The position numbers and the translations under genes were made by a program. 64,000 nt of DNA from Candidatus Poribacteria bacterium (GTDB lineage Bacteria; Poribacteria; WGA-4E; PCPOR2b): the NCBI GenBank assembly GCA_965198175.1, contig OZ240245.1:288001-352000 (forward strand). The letters are read 5' to 3'. Position 1 is the first letter of the stretch. The number at the start of each line of letters is the position of its first letter. Shown one piece after another: positions 21,070-31,331 of this stretch. The notes beneath the pieces were generated by a model that did not search any database, was not told the origin of the DNA, and was given only the letters and a program-made list of their open reading frames with translations.

Positions 21070-22290
21070 ATGCCTGAACGAAGTCGAATATCACCTAGGT
21101 TTTTTGTTAATCAACTCGCAACCACCCTTCTAGAGGATTGGTGGACTTCCTATACGTTCATCAAGTACCAAATCGCAAAGGAGAGTTTTAACTGGCGGCA
21201 CCCGTTCGGGGCAAAACACGGTCAAGGCGACGCGGTACAACTGGTTAGTTTGCGGATTACGGATATGTGTAATCTGCGCTGTCACTCCTGCGGTCAATGG
21301 GGCGATAACGGTTACCTAGTCGGACAATCCCTAAAAAAGTTGAAACAACGGGAGGTACCCGTTGAAACATACAAACGGCTCGTCGATCAGATTGTTGATG
21401 CCGGCTGGTCGCCGCTATGGTATATCTGGGGCGGCGAACCGATGCTTTATCCCGGTCTGATTGAGCTGATGTACTACATCAAGGAGCGGGGAATGCCAAT
21501 CTCGCTCGTGACCAACTCCACAAACGTCGCTCGACGCGCAGACGATATTCTCGATACCTGCAAAATTCTCTACCTGAGTGTTGACGGTCCAAACGCCGAC
21601 ATCCACAACACACAACGCCCCGGCGTTACAGAGAACTATGATAACTTCAAGGATGTGAAGGCAGCGCTTGAAACTATCAGCGAAGAGAAGAAACGGCGGA
21701 ATCAGAAATTTCCCTATGTTGTTCCGCTGAGTTGCATCACTCAATATAACATCGACGATGTGGTAGATCTCTACGGGTTCACAAGTCAGTACGCAGACAC
21801 TCAAATCTTTTACCTGACCTGGTGGATCGATTCGCAGTCTGCACAGGAACACGCAGTGGATTTTGAGCGTCGGTTCGGTTTTAAACCGCAAACCCATTTC
21901 GGCTGGATTGGAACTTGGAAAGATTTCGATCACGGCGTCATCCTCGATAAATTCGAGGAGATGGAAAATATCTCCAGAACGCAGGGACGGTGCCCGCCGA
22001 TGATGATGCCGAAGCTAAAGACGCGAGACGATATCAACCGCTACTACACAGATCACAGCGACGCCTTCGGTTATAACCAGTGCGTCAGCATCTTTATGAC
22101 GCTGGAGATCGACAGCAACGGCGATGTCAGCCTCTGTCGCGATTATCACGATTATATCATCGGCAACATCAACACGGATGCCGTCACAGACATCTGGAAC
22201 AACGAAGCCGCCATAAAATTCAGGCGCTCCATCAGCACGGAAGGCATTATGCCGGTGTGCCGCCGCTGCTGTGGGTTGATGGGGTACTAA
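21070..22290 (+). CDS. Radical SAM protein with SPASM/twitch domain
   Basis: CNLRCHSC, GGEP, SVDG...H, C-terminal C...GDVSLC...GNI...IWN...CRRCC. Confidence 0.9.
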   Translation: MPERSRISPRFFVNQLATTLLEDWWTSYTFIKYQIAKESFNWRHPFGAKHGQGDAVQLVSLRITDMCNLRCHSCGQWGDNGYLVGQSLKKLKQREVPVETYKRLVDQIVDAGWSPLWYIWGGEPMLYPGLIELMYYIKERGMPISLVTNSTNVARRADDILDTCKILYLSVDGPNADIHNTQRPGVTENYDNFKDVKAALETISEEKKRRNQKFPYVVPLSCITQYNIDDVVDLYGFTSQYADTQIFYLTWWIDSQSAQEHAVDFERRFGFKPQTHFGWIGTWKDFDHGVILDKFEEMENISRTQGRCPPMMMPKLKTRDDINRYYTDHSDAFGYNQCVSIFMTLEIDSNGDVSLCRDYHDYIIGNINTDAVTDIWNNEAAIKFRRSISTEGIMPVCRRCCGLMGY

Positions 22291-22320
22291 TCAGTTTAAA
22301 GAGAAAGGGGAGTCTAAGAG

Positions 22321-23184
22321 ATGAAGATAGGTTTGCGCATACCGGGCGCAGGGGCGCAGATGCCCTTTGATACCTTTTGCAGTTGGTGTGCGGACAACGG
22401 TTTTGAAGCAGTTGATGTGGATACCGTCACACCCGAAATCGTAAAGACCGCAGACAGCGCTGGCTTGGTCATTGGCAGCGCGGATATACAGGGTGTCGGC
22501 GACCTGTTGAGTGTAGATAAATCCAAGCAGAAAAGAGGCGCAGAAGCGGCGAAAGCCTCAATTCAGGCAGCCGCTGACAACGATGTCCATATCATGTTCT
22601 GCGTCCTTGTGCCTGAAGATGGAAGTCTTGGGCGAGTGCAAAACTTTGAACTCTGGAAAGCGACATTCCCGCCGATTGTCGAATTTGCCGAGTCCAGGGG
22701 TGTCACCATCGCGCTCGAAGGATGGCCCGGCCCCCCGCCGCACTATCCTACCCTGGGCTGTACCCCTGAAATGTTGCGCCTCATGTACGCCGAATGCCCA
22801 TCCAAATCGCTCGCCCTGAACTACGATCCCTCCCACATGATCCGAATGGGTGTAGACTACCTGCGTCTGCTCAATGAGTTCGCCTCGTACGTCCGGCACG
22901 CACACGGAAAAGACACCGTTTTCGATCCAGAAGCCTACTACCTGCACGGCAATCTCGGTCCCACCTTCTACCAACCTCAGACATTCGGTGAAGATTGGTG
23001 GCGCTACTGCATCCCCGGCGAGGGATTGACCGATTGGCCCAAGGTAATCAAACGCCTTGAGGACGAAGGGTTTGATGGAATTATCAGCGTCGAACTGGAA
23101 GACATCCGCTACTACAAGGATTGGGACGCACAAGCCGACGGGCTCCGCCGTTCACGAGACCATCTCGCACAATACATGCGCTAG
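22321..23184 (+). CDS. Sugar phosphate isomerase/epimerase (xylose isomerase-like TIM barrel)
   Basis: IALE, NYDPSH, HAHGKD, PGEG, ISVELE. Confidence 0.85.
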   Translation: MKIGLRIPGAGAQMPFDTFCSWCADNGFEAVDVDTVTPEIVKTADSAGLVIGSADIQGVGDLLSVDKSKQKRGAEAAKASIQAAADNDVHIMFCVLVPEDGSLGRVQNFELWKATFPPIVEFAESRGVTIALEGWPGPPPHYPTLGCTPEMLRLMYAECPSKSLALNYDPSHMIRMGVDYLRLLNEFASYVRHAHGKDTVFDPEAYYLHGNLGPTFYQPQTFGEDWWRYCIPGEGLTDWPKVIKRLEDEGFDGIISVELEDIRYYKDWDAQADGLRRSRDHLAQYMR

Positions 23185-23465
23185 CAGCAGTATTTCACGG
23201 TATGAGCACTGTGGGAGGGATCAAGGGAGCGAATAGCGAGTGCGATAGTTTTAGATACCTCTCCCACCGCACATGTGCATTGTCGGTTCTGTCAATAAGC
23301 ATTCCCCTCCTTGTCAAGGAGGGGCTAGGGGAGGTCGTTTTAGTTGGGTGGACCAATCAAGTCACCCACCAGCGCAACCACAATAGAAATCTCTTTGACA
23401 TCTTGACACGGCTGTGCTCGACCATTGAATTTCGTAGCGCGCGAAAAAGATGAAAATTGACCATT

Positions 23466-24893
23466 TCACAGTTTTATTAAAATTGCAATCAAGATAATAG
23501 CAAACAGAATTCCTACGAACACTGTCCAACCCGTGACTGACGCCAACTTTGATAAAATTAGTTGATTTGACTGGTTTAACGCCGCTTTTATTTTTGCGAT
23601 TAGAGGCAATTTCTCTTCGTCATGCCAAGAAGCACTATCATCTTTTGATTTAGTGCCGACTAATTCTTCCGATATTGCTTTTATCTTTTTCTGAAGAAAC
23701 ACGAGGCGTTCCTCGGCGCGAAGTCTCAAATCGCCAATCTCCTCAAACGGAATCTCGCCGTCAAAGTCGGGAAACCATTCGGGTTCGTGTTTCCTAAGTC
23801 GATCGTATTGCTCATCAAACATATTGAGATGGAGCTGGAACCCAAATTTCCAAGATTCCCCGTCGTGGTATTCGTCTTTGAATGCGTAATCGTGGCAACA
23901 ACGGCGTAGTTCGTCTCTAACTTGTTCATTCCGCCGATAGAAGGACAAATTGTAAATTGCCACGTCAAGGAATTTGTCTCTGTCTTTTTCAAAAGCTTCT
24001 CTCACTTCTTCCGGTTTGCGCCTGTACCACCCCGTGCCGCCATAGTATGCTTGTCTCAAAGCAATATCATCGCTGTCTTTCAATTTGTCATCTTTGACCA
24101 GCCTACCTAAAAATGCTCGGCATTTGCGGAAAAAGCCATGTTCATCATCACCTTCCACTTTCCATCGTTTTATTGTGTCCAGCACGTCCATATCGCTAGG
24201 TGCATGTGGAACCCGATCGTCGCCATGCGGAGCTAGCTGCTCTCCAAGACGAGCAAGTACGCGTGCCGACTCTGCATGCACCGGTACCGTCTTATACAAA
24301 CTCCAAGCAGCTTGGCAGGGGTGTTCAGGCGCTAGGAACTCTATTTCTTCACGATAACCAGACGGGCGGCTAAGCTGAGGATTTGAAATGGTGCATCCTA
24401 TCGCCGTAAGCCATTGTTCATCGGTAAGCACTACGAATGGGGTGCCTCTGTGGTATAAATTCACCAGAATCTGGCTAAAAAGATCTTTATTTGACAACAA
24501 GCTGTAAAGTAATTCAACATCGAAAGACTGAAGGAGTTCCTTTAAGACTCCAGCGTCCTCATCACGCCGGTTACCTTCAATCCAGTCGCCTCCTACTACG
24601 CCAGACAAAACTGATGGGCCGGACAATAATGCCTTCTTTACTGTAGCGTCGCAGTTCCTAAAAAGGCTAAGCGCTGTCTCGGATCTCAAACGTGCATACA
24701 ACGCTAAACCTAAGTTTATTAAAGGTTCATTGCGCTCAATCAGCACCTTTTCAATTTCATCGGCCCTACCTCCAAGGAAATCAAAATATGGCTTCTGCTC
24801 TCGTAACCACTCAAATACCGTGTCCGGATTTGCATGGGAAAGCCAGTACGATTCAAACACAGGATTTTCCAGTATGTCTTTTTGTTCATTCAT
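23466..24893 (-). CDS. Hypothetical protein with C-terminal coiled coil and transmembrane anchor
   Basis: 475-aa ORF ending WTVFVGILFAIILIAILIKL. Confidence 0.7.
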   Translation of the reverse strand: MNEQKDILENPVFESYWLSHANPDTVFEWLREQKPYFDFLGGRADEIEKVLIERNEPLINLGLALYARLRSETALSLFRNCDATVKKALLSGPSVLSGVVGGDWIEGNRRDEDAGVLKELLQSFDVELLYSLLSNKDLFSQILVNLYHRGTPFVVLTDEQWLTAIGCTISNPQLSRPSGYREEIEFLAPEHPCQAAWSLYKTVPVHAESARVLARLGEQLAPHGDDRVPHAPSDMDVLDTIKRWKVEGDDEHGFFRKCRAFLGRLVKDDKLKDSDDIALRQAYYGGTGWYRRKPEEVREAFEKDRDKFLDVAIYNLSFYRRNEQVRDELRRCCHDYAFKDEYHDGESWKFGFQLHLNMFDEQYDRLRKHEPEWFPDFDGEIPFEEIGDLRLRAEERLVFLQKKIKAISEELVGTKSKDDSASWHDEEKLPLIAKIKAALNQSNQLILSKLASVTGWTVFVGILFAIILIAILIKL

Positions 24894-25013
24894 TTTTGTG
24901 TTTGTGGGGAACGGAAGTCCCCGATTCCTATGTGTTGTGAGCGTGATTTAAAGGGTTCATGAATCTGATGGGTGTTCGCTGTGTGTATGGTATCACACTT
25001 ACTGCACCGCCTA

Positions 25014-25667
25014 TCAAGACACCCGGCAAACGGCTCCTGAGCCGGCATCACAGTACCAGAAGCAATCATCCCAGCGGGTCATGCCGTGCGGTTCTGGATG
25101 CGGTTCGGGAATTTCTATCTTTTCAATGGTCGAACCATCGTTGAGGTTCAAGCGATAGAAAGCGCGGTAATTTGTTTCAACGCACCAGAGATCATCTTCC
25201 TGCCACGCAAGACCGTGCGGACGGCTACCGGGGGCTGGGAATGAATGCAGGACAGCAAGATTGTTCTCTGGATCTAGCTGGTAAATGGTTGCTGAAGGTG
25301 GTACTGCCATCCATAACTTGCCATCGCGCCATTCTAATCCGTGCGCCCCTGACTGCTGGGCACCTGCTGCCGTATAGGAGGCAAGGGTCTTTCCACTTGC
25401 TGGGTCGACTTTTAGAATTGCGGGACCAGCGGCTTCTATTCGCGTTGGGGCGACGGTTGATGCAAGCCAAAGGTTCGTACCGTCCACCGTGATACCGCTT
25501 CCGTGCTCGGAATCCGTGTCGATAGCCCTCAAAGTCTCCCCTTCAAAGGAGACAAGCATGGCTTGGTTTGAAACCTGATCCAGGAACCAGATACCTTCCG
25601 CTGTGGCTTGCATACCGTTTGGTTGGCGTCCCGGAAAGTCAAACATCTTCTCTATATTAACTTCCAT
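25014..25667 (-). CDS. Beta-propeller protein (glutaminyl cyclase/Vgb-like repeats)
   Basis: Repeated P.G(L/M).W.....W motifs; GGAGG RBS. Confidence 0.65.
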   Translation of the reverse strand: MEVNIEKMFDFPGRQPNGMQATAEGIWFLDQVSNQAMLVSFEGETLRAIDTDSEHGSGITVDGTNLWLASTVAPTRIEAAGPAILKVDPASGKTLASYTAAGAQQSGAHGLEWRDGKLWMAVPPSATIYQLDPENNLAVLHSFPAPGSRPHGLAWQEDDLWCVETNYRAFYRLNLNDGSTIEKIEIPEPHPEPHGMTRWDDCFWYCDAGSGAVCRVS

Positions 25668-25733
25668 AAGGAACCCTCCCTCATTACATTTGTGAACTTA
25701 TGTCCAAGCGCGTTGGTCGCGTAATCCTACCAA

Positions 25734-26762
25734 CTAATCGAAGAGTTTGGACTTCATTTCAATAATCTTTATCCGGCGTTCGGCTTCGGCGATAAGATCG
25801 TCTAAAGCCGGATCTCCCTTAGCGAGACGGATAAAGGACTTGTAATGGGCAATCGCTTCCTCATCGTGCCCTTGTCTCTCGTAAATATACCCAAGATTGG
25901 CGTATGTTTCTGCCAAGTTCGGGTTGATACGAATTGCCTCCTTGTACGCGGCAATCGACTCATCCCATCTATCCAAATCTTCGTACGCATATCCAAGGTT
26001 GTTGTGCGCCTCTGCGTAGTTTGGATTGAGACGAATGGCTGTTTTGTACGCCTCAACCGCTTCCTCGAATCTACCCTGTCTACGATACACGATTCCCAAA
26101 TTGGTGTGCGCTTCCGGGTAGTTCGGGTCAATCACGATTGCTTTTTTGTACGCGGCGATTGCTTCGTCTAATTTGCCCTGTTGACGATAGACAATTCCAA
26201 GATTGGTATGCAGCACCGGATTGTTCGGGTCAATGCGGACAGCTGTTTTGAACGCAGAAACCGCCTCTTCAAATTCGCCCTGTATACCGTAAACTTTTCC
26301 AAGATTGTTGTGCGCCGCGGAAAAGTCTGCCTTGATACGAATTGCCGCTTTGAATTCAGGGATGGCTTTGTCAAGCTCGCCCTGCTGTTGATAGACAATT
26401 CCCAAATTGTAGCGCACCGCTGCATCGGTCGGCTCAACCTCGACCGCCTTTTTCCATCTGGCAAGAACGTCGCTTAATGCTTTTTTTGCTTCCGGGGTGT
26501 CTATCCCGCCAAGGGCAAAAGCAGCGCCGCTCCGATTCAGCGCCTCCTTATCGTTCTGCAACATCTTGGTTAAGCCTGGAATTGCTGCTTTAGCAGGTTC
26601 GCCCATCTCGCCCAGGGCAATCGCAGCGCGCTGGCGAACGGACGCATCCGTGGCGTCAAGCTGTTTGATGAGCGTTGCTATACGCAGTTCATCGGCACCA
26701 AACGAGTTTATCGTCAAAACCAGAAAACTAAAAAGAGCGAAGATACTCATCCTACGTTTCAC
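25734..26762 (-). CDS. Secreted HEAT + TPR repeat protein
   Basis: Signal peptide, two HEAT repeats, about six TPRs (AHNNLG.VY...G..EEA..A.K.AI.I.P). Confidence 0.88.
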   Translation of the reverse strand: MKRRMSIFALFSFLVLTINSFGADELRIATLIKQLDATDASVRQRAAIALGEMGEPAKAAIPGLTKMLQNDKEALNRSGAAFALGGIDTPEAKKALSDVLARWKKAVEVEPTDAAVRYNLGIVYQQQGELDKAIPEFKAAIRIKADFSAAHNNLGKVYGIQGEFEEAVSAFKTAVRIDPNNPVLHTNLGIVYRQQGKLDEAIAAYKKAIVIDPNYPEAHTNLGIVYRRQGRFEEAVEAYKTAIRLNPNYAEAHNNLGYAYEDLDRWDESIAAYKEAIRINPNLAETYANLGYIYERQGHDEEAIAHYKSFIRLAKGDPALDDLIAEAERRIKIIEMKSKLFD

Positions 26763-26932
26763 AGGAGATTCCTATCGTGTCAGGAAAAATTGAAGTTTTT
26801 GTATACGTTCATATGAGTGTGCACACCTGACGGTGATGAAGGCGTCAACCCTAGTGTTCGGGGTTCCCTACTACACGGTTGGACCGCAATGCTTGAGTCT
26901 AGATTATTTGTCGGTTAGAACTATCGCCCTCG

Positions 26933-27895
26933 TTATTCACTCGGTTGATCCCGCTTGAGCCAACCCCAGGTCAAAGCGCGGTTCCGGGCAGGTGATACGG
27001 CGAAAACCGTCACAAAATCAGGATCGAACCAGGCTGCTGCACGGTTAAAGTTGCCTATCGGTGGAAGTTCACGAAGATCTCCATTGCCATCGCCATCTTG
27101 AATGATAATCTTAGCTATGCCGCCCCCGAAGGTAGTCGCAGCAATCTTCTTACCGTCCGGTGACCATTCAGGGTCTCTACAACACCCGATTCTCATCTGG
27201 TTATTGCCGTCTGCGTCCATCACAAAGATTTCAGCATGCCCTGAGCGTTCCGTAATCCAGGCTATTTTTTCATTGTCCGGCGACCATGCAGCGTGGGAGT
27301 CCTTGGCGCGATGGTTGGTCAGATTTTGCAGGTTGCCTCCGTCCGCGTTCATGAGGTGGAGGTCCCCAATGGTCTTACCCCGTTTGGAAGAGAAGGCAAT
27401 CTTCCGAGCATCCCGCGACCACGCGGGTTGGATGTCGTCAGCCGGGTCGTTTGTGAGGTTCTCAATGATTTGCCCCGCCGCGTTCATAGTATAGATTTCA
27501 AAGTTGCCATCCCGATTGGAGGTGAAGACTAGCTTCCGACCATCAGGGTGCCAATTCGGCCAACTGTCCTCTGCGGCATGGTCAGTGAGTTGTTTCAGAT
27601 TCCCTCCATCGCCATTCACCACGTAGACATCGATGTTCTTCTTCGCTTCGGTGTGGAATGCCAACTTGGTACCGTCCGGTGCCCACTCCAGACCTAAGGG
27701 TTGTCCGTCAACCAATACCAGTGCGCGCTGATTGTTGCCGTTGGGATCCATCAACCAGATATTGCCCTCGGCTGCGTTGGTGGAGACCGCGATGGTTGGT
27801 TTGTCCGGTGCTTTTGACTCGGCACTCGTCAGGCACATCGCGCTGATCAATAAAGCCACACTTATACAAATGACTACTGTTTTCCGGCTTCGCAT
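26933..27895 (-). CDS. TolB-like (PD40) beta-propeller paralogue 8
   Basis: DSWP.WHP.G, F.S.RDGNFEIY, WSPDG repeats; ends FAVSPARNRALTWGWLK. Confidence 0.88.
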   Translation of the reverse strand: MRSRKTVVICISVALLISAMCLTSAESKAPDKPTIAVSTNAAEGNIWLMDPNGNNQRALVLVDGQPLGLEWAPDGTKLAFHTEAKKNIDVYVVNGDGGNLKQLTDHAAEDSWPNWHPDGRKLVFTSNRDGNFEIYTMNAAGQIIENLTNDPADDIQPAWSRDARKIAFSSKRGKTIGDLHLMNADGGNLQNLTNHRAKDSHAAWSPDNEKIAWITERSGHAEIFVMDADGNNQMRIGCCRDPEWSPDGKKIAATTFGGGIAKIIIQDGDGNGDLRELPPIGNFNRAAAWFDPDFVTVFAVSPARNRALTWGWLKRDQPSE

Positions 27896-27974
27896 GGTCT
27901 AGACTCCTGCAGAAAGGGGAGAAAAGAAATTTCTCCCAAATAGGATGACACTTGAAACCCTGGTATAAAAATGA

Positions 27975-28949
27975 CTAATCGTTACGTCCAACCTGTTTGA
28001 GCCAACCCCAAGTCAGTGCACGCTTCTCCGTAGGTGATACAGAAAATACCGTCACAAAATCAGGGTCGAACCAAGCGGGTGCACGGCTGACGTTGCTGAT
28101 ACCCGGTAGTTCCTGCTGAGGCCCTTTTCCGTCCACATCCCGGATGAAGATTCTTGAGCCGCCCCCAAACGTCGCGCCGGCAATCTTTTCTCCGTCCGGC
28201 GACCATTCAGGATCCCGGCAACACGCGATTGCTACCTGATTTGCGCCATCTGCGGCATCCATCGCATAGATATTGGCAGCCCCCGTTCGATTTGAGATAA
28301 ACGCAATCTTCTTCTCGTCCGGCGACCATGCCGCATGGGTATTCGCCGAGCGGTTATTCGTCAGATTTCGCAGGTTTTCACCGTTCGCGTCCATAACGTA
28401 AATGTCTCCAAGCGACCTCCCTCGTTTGGAAGTAAACGCCATTCTTCGACCGTCCCGCGACCAAGCCGGATCGATGTCCTTGACCGCATCGTTCGTAAGG
28501 TTCTTCAGTCCATGACCCCCATCCGTCATCGTGTAGATTTCAAAGTTCCCGTCCCGATTCGTGGTGAAGGCTATCGTTCTGCCGCTGGGGTGCCAGCTTG
28601 GTCGGCTATCCTCCGCAGCATCGTCGGTGAGCCGTTTGAGGTTTTTCCCGTTAGCATTCACCACGTACACATCAATGTTCTTCCTCACTTCGGTATGGAA
28701 CGCAAGCTTTCGACCGTCTGGCGACCATTCTAGACCCAAGGGCAGGGGATTAGCGCCAATCGCCAACAGCGGGCGCACATCTTCCCCTTCAAGATTCATC
28801 AACCAGATAATTGCGCCTTCGCCTACACTTGAGACCGCGAGAGTTGGCTTCTTCGGCGCCTGCGCATGAACGTGCATCAAAACTACGCCATTGACAAAGA
28901 GAAATACGCTAACGAACACAACACACACCTGTGTTTTCCGACTCTGCAT
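27975..28949 (-). CDS. TolB-like paralogue 7
   Basis: PD40 repeats; start MQSRK after GAGGT; ends FSVSPTEKRALTWGWLK. Confidence 0.88.
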   Translation of the reverse strand: MQSRKTQVCVVFVSVFLFVNGVVLMHVHAQAPKKPTLAVSSVGEGAIIWLMNLEGEDVRPLLAIGANPLPLGLEWSPDGRKLAFHTEVRKNIDVYVVNANGKNLKRLTDDAAEDSRPSWHPSGRTIAFTTNRDGNFEIYTMTDGGHGLKNLTNDAVKDIDPAWSRDGRRMAFTSKRGRSLGDIYVMDANGENLRNLTNNRSANTHAAWSPDEKKIAFISNRTGAANIYAMDAADGANQVAIACCRDPEWSPDGEKIAGATFGGGSRIFIRDVDGKGPQQELPGISNVSRAPAWFDPDFVTVFSVSPTEKRALTWGWLKQVGRND

Positions 28950-29015
28950 TCTAGTTACCTCGCTGTTAGTTTTCCTCGATCCCATTCTTGGCTGAAAAAC
29001 TTGTATCAACCGGTA

Positions 29016-30026
29016 TCAATCACCGTCACCAATCTGCTTGATCCAACCCCATGTCAATGCGCGTTTCTCAACCGGGGAAACGGAATATTCAACCACGAAT
29101 TTCGGATCGAACCACGCTGGGGAACGGTTTTGGGTGCCGATGTTTGGGAGATCGCTCCAATTTAGACTACCGTTCGCCGGGTGGATGCGAATATTTGCCT
29201 GCCCCCCGCCCAGTGCCGCTGCGGCAATCTCTTTCCCGTCCGGAGCCCAACTCGCTTCTCTGTTAGGAAAGCCGCCCGACTTTGGGTCCTGCAAATCGCT
29301 AATCTTCAATATATTCCCGCCGCCAACAGCATCCATCGTCCAAATCTCATCATTGCCGCTTCGACGTGATGTCCAAGCAATTTTATTATTGTCCCATGAC
29401 CACGTCGGTTGAATATCTTCACCTCGAACATTCGTGAGATTTTCTAAATTCTCCCCTTCCCCATCCATGACATAGATATCCCCAAGCGACCTTCCTCGTT
29501 TGGATGCGAACGCAATCAGTCGCCCATTTCGAGACCACGCGGGATACCGGTCCTTCGCCGGGTCGTTTGTCAGGTTGCCTAGAATCTCACCCCGTAAATT
29601 CATTGCATAAATCTCAAAATTACCGTCCCGATCGGTTTGGAATGCCATCTTTCGACCGCCAGGGTGCCAAGTCGGCCAACTATCTTCCGCCTCATGGTCG
29701 GTGAGCTTCTCAAGGTTTTCGCCGTTGGCATCAACCACGTAGATATCGACGTTGTTTTCCAATTTAGTGTGGAACGCAAGCTGGTTCCCGTCCGGAGACC
29801 ATTTCAATCCCGAGGGTATCGGATCTCCGTCAATTTCTAATATCAGGCGTGAATTCTTCCCATCGGCGTTCCGCATCCATATACCTAAGCCTTCAAACGC
29901 ATTTGTCGTGAGTGCGATTTTTTCTATGGCGGGCGCTTGTGCAGCCGCACTCACTAGAAAAATGGAGATGCTCAATAGCAACACCCCCATGAACCCGGCA
30001 CATATCAACACTATTCGATTTTGCAC
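29016..30026 (-). CDS. TolB-like paralogue 6
   Basis: PD40 repeats; likely GTG start after GAGGTG; ends YSVSPVEKRALTWGWIK. Confidence 0.87.
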   Translation of the reverse strand: MQNRIVLICAGFMGVLLLSISIFLVSAAAQAPAIEKIALTTNAFEGLGIWMRNADGKNSRLILEIDGDPIPSGLKWSPDGNQLAFHTKLENNVDIYVVDANGENLEKLTDHEAEDSWPTWHPGGRKMAFQTDRDGNFEIYAMNLRGEILGNLTNDPAKDRYPAWSRNGRLIAFASKRGRSLGDIYVMDGEGENLENLTNVRGEDIQPTWSWDNNKIAWTSRRSGNDEIWTMDAVGGGNILKISDLQDPKSGGFPNREASWAPDGKEIAAAALGGGQANIRIHPANGSLNWSDLPNIGTQNRSPAWFDPKFVVEYSVSPVEKRALTWGWIKQIGDGD

Positions 30027-30103
30027 TATTATCACCTCATTGATTTAAGATTTTTGCGCTGCGGCATTCAAATAATACACGCCTTGGACTACATTCTAAC
30101 AAG

Positions 30104-31105
30104 TTAATCGTCCTGCACAACTTGCTTTACCCAACCCCACGTCAAGGGTCGTTTCTCGACCGGGGAAACGGAGAACTCAACCACGAATTTGGGATCGAAC
30201 CACGCAGGGGAACGGTCTTGGACGCCGATTCCCGGCAGGTCCATCCAATTTAGGTTGCCCTTTGCTGAATGCACGCGAATACTCGCTCTGCCGCCCCCAA
30301 GTGCCGCTGAAGCAATCTCTTTGCCATCCGGTGACCAGGACGGTTCCCGAACTCGGAAACCCGCCGCTTTGGGATCCTGCAAATCGCTCACCTGCCTCGC
30401 ATTCGCGCCGTCTGCATCCATCGCCCAGATTTCCGCAGCCCCGTTTCGAGCGGAGGTCCAAGCAATTTGCTTTCCGTCCCAAGACCACCTGGGTTGAAAA
30501 TCCTCGCCCCGAACGTTCGTCAGATTCTCCAAAATCTCTCCATTCTGGCTCATCAGAAATATATCCCCCAGCGTCTTACCGCGTTTGGAAGCGAAGGCTA
30601 TATGTCGAGCGTCCGGCGACCACGCGGGATAATGGTCCTTGACCGCGTCGTTTGTCAGGTTGTCCAGAATGTCCCCGCGTGAAGTCATTGTGTAAATCTC
30701 AAGATTTCCGTCCCGATTGGTGTGGAAGGCTATCTTCTGACCGCTGGGGTGCCAAGTGGGCCAACTATCTTCTGATTCGTGCTCGGTGAGCCGTCGGAGG
30801 TTATCCCCGTCGCCGTTTACCACGTAAACATCAATATTTTTATCTAATTCTGTGTGAAAAGCTATCTGATTTCCGTCTGGTGACCACACCAAACCCGACG
30901 GTCGAGGGTTTCCCTCAATCGGCAATATGAGGCGCGGGTTCCCGCCATTATCGTTCATCAGCCAGATGCCCAGGTCGCCATCACTAGCGATTGCGATGGT
31001 TGACCGCTGGGGCGCTTGTGCTCCTACATTCATCGGAATTACCGTGCTGTACAAGAGCAGCAGACAGAAACACATGACACCTAATAATGTTTTGTGAATT
31101 TGCAT
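30104..31105 (-). CDS. TolB-like paralogue 5
   Basis: PD40 repeats; ends FSVSPVEKRPLTWGWVK. Confidence 0.88.
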   Translation of the reverse strand: MQIHKTLLGVMCFCLLLLYSTVIPMNVGAQAPQRSTIAIASDGDLGIWLMNDNGGNPRLILPIEGNPRPSGLVWSPDGNQIAFHTELDKNIDVYVVNGDGDNLRRLTEHESEDSWPTWHPSGQKIAFHTNRDGNLEIYTMTSRGDILDNLTNDAVKDHYPAWSPDARHIAFASKRGKTLGDIFLMSQNGEILENLTNVRGEDFQPRWSWDGKQIAWTSARNGAAEIWAMDADGANARQVSDLQDPKAAGFRVREPSWSPDGKEIASAALGGGRASIRVHSAKGNLNWMDLPGIGVQDRSPAWFDPKFVVEFSVSPVEKRPLTWGWVKQVVQDD

Positions 31106-31331
31106 AGCTTGTAACCTCCTAACAAGAGAAGAAGAGATATAACGAGTGAATAGTGAGGACGATAGTATTCCGAAAACTATCGCAGTCGCTTGATCCCCTA
31201 ACCGTTACCCATTATTTCCAAACCGGTTAACAACTGAAAAACGAGCATTCGCAATCAGCACTCATTAACGATCATCCGACCGAATAGGGAGGGCGATAGT
31301 CCTAACTGACAGCACAAGACTATCGCGCTCC

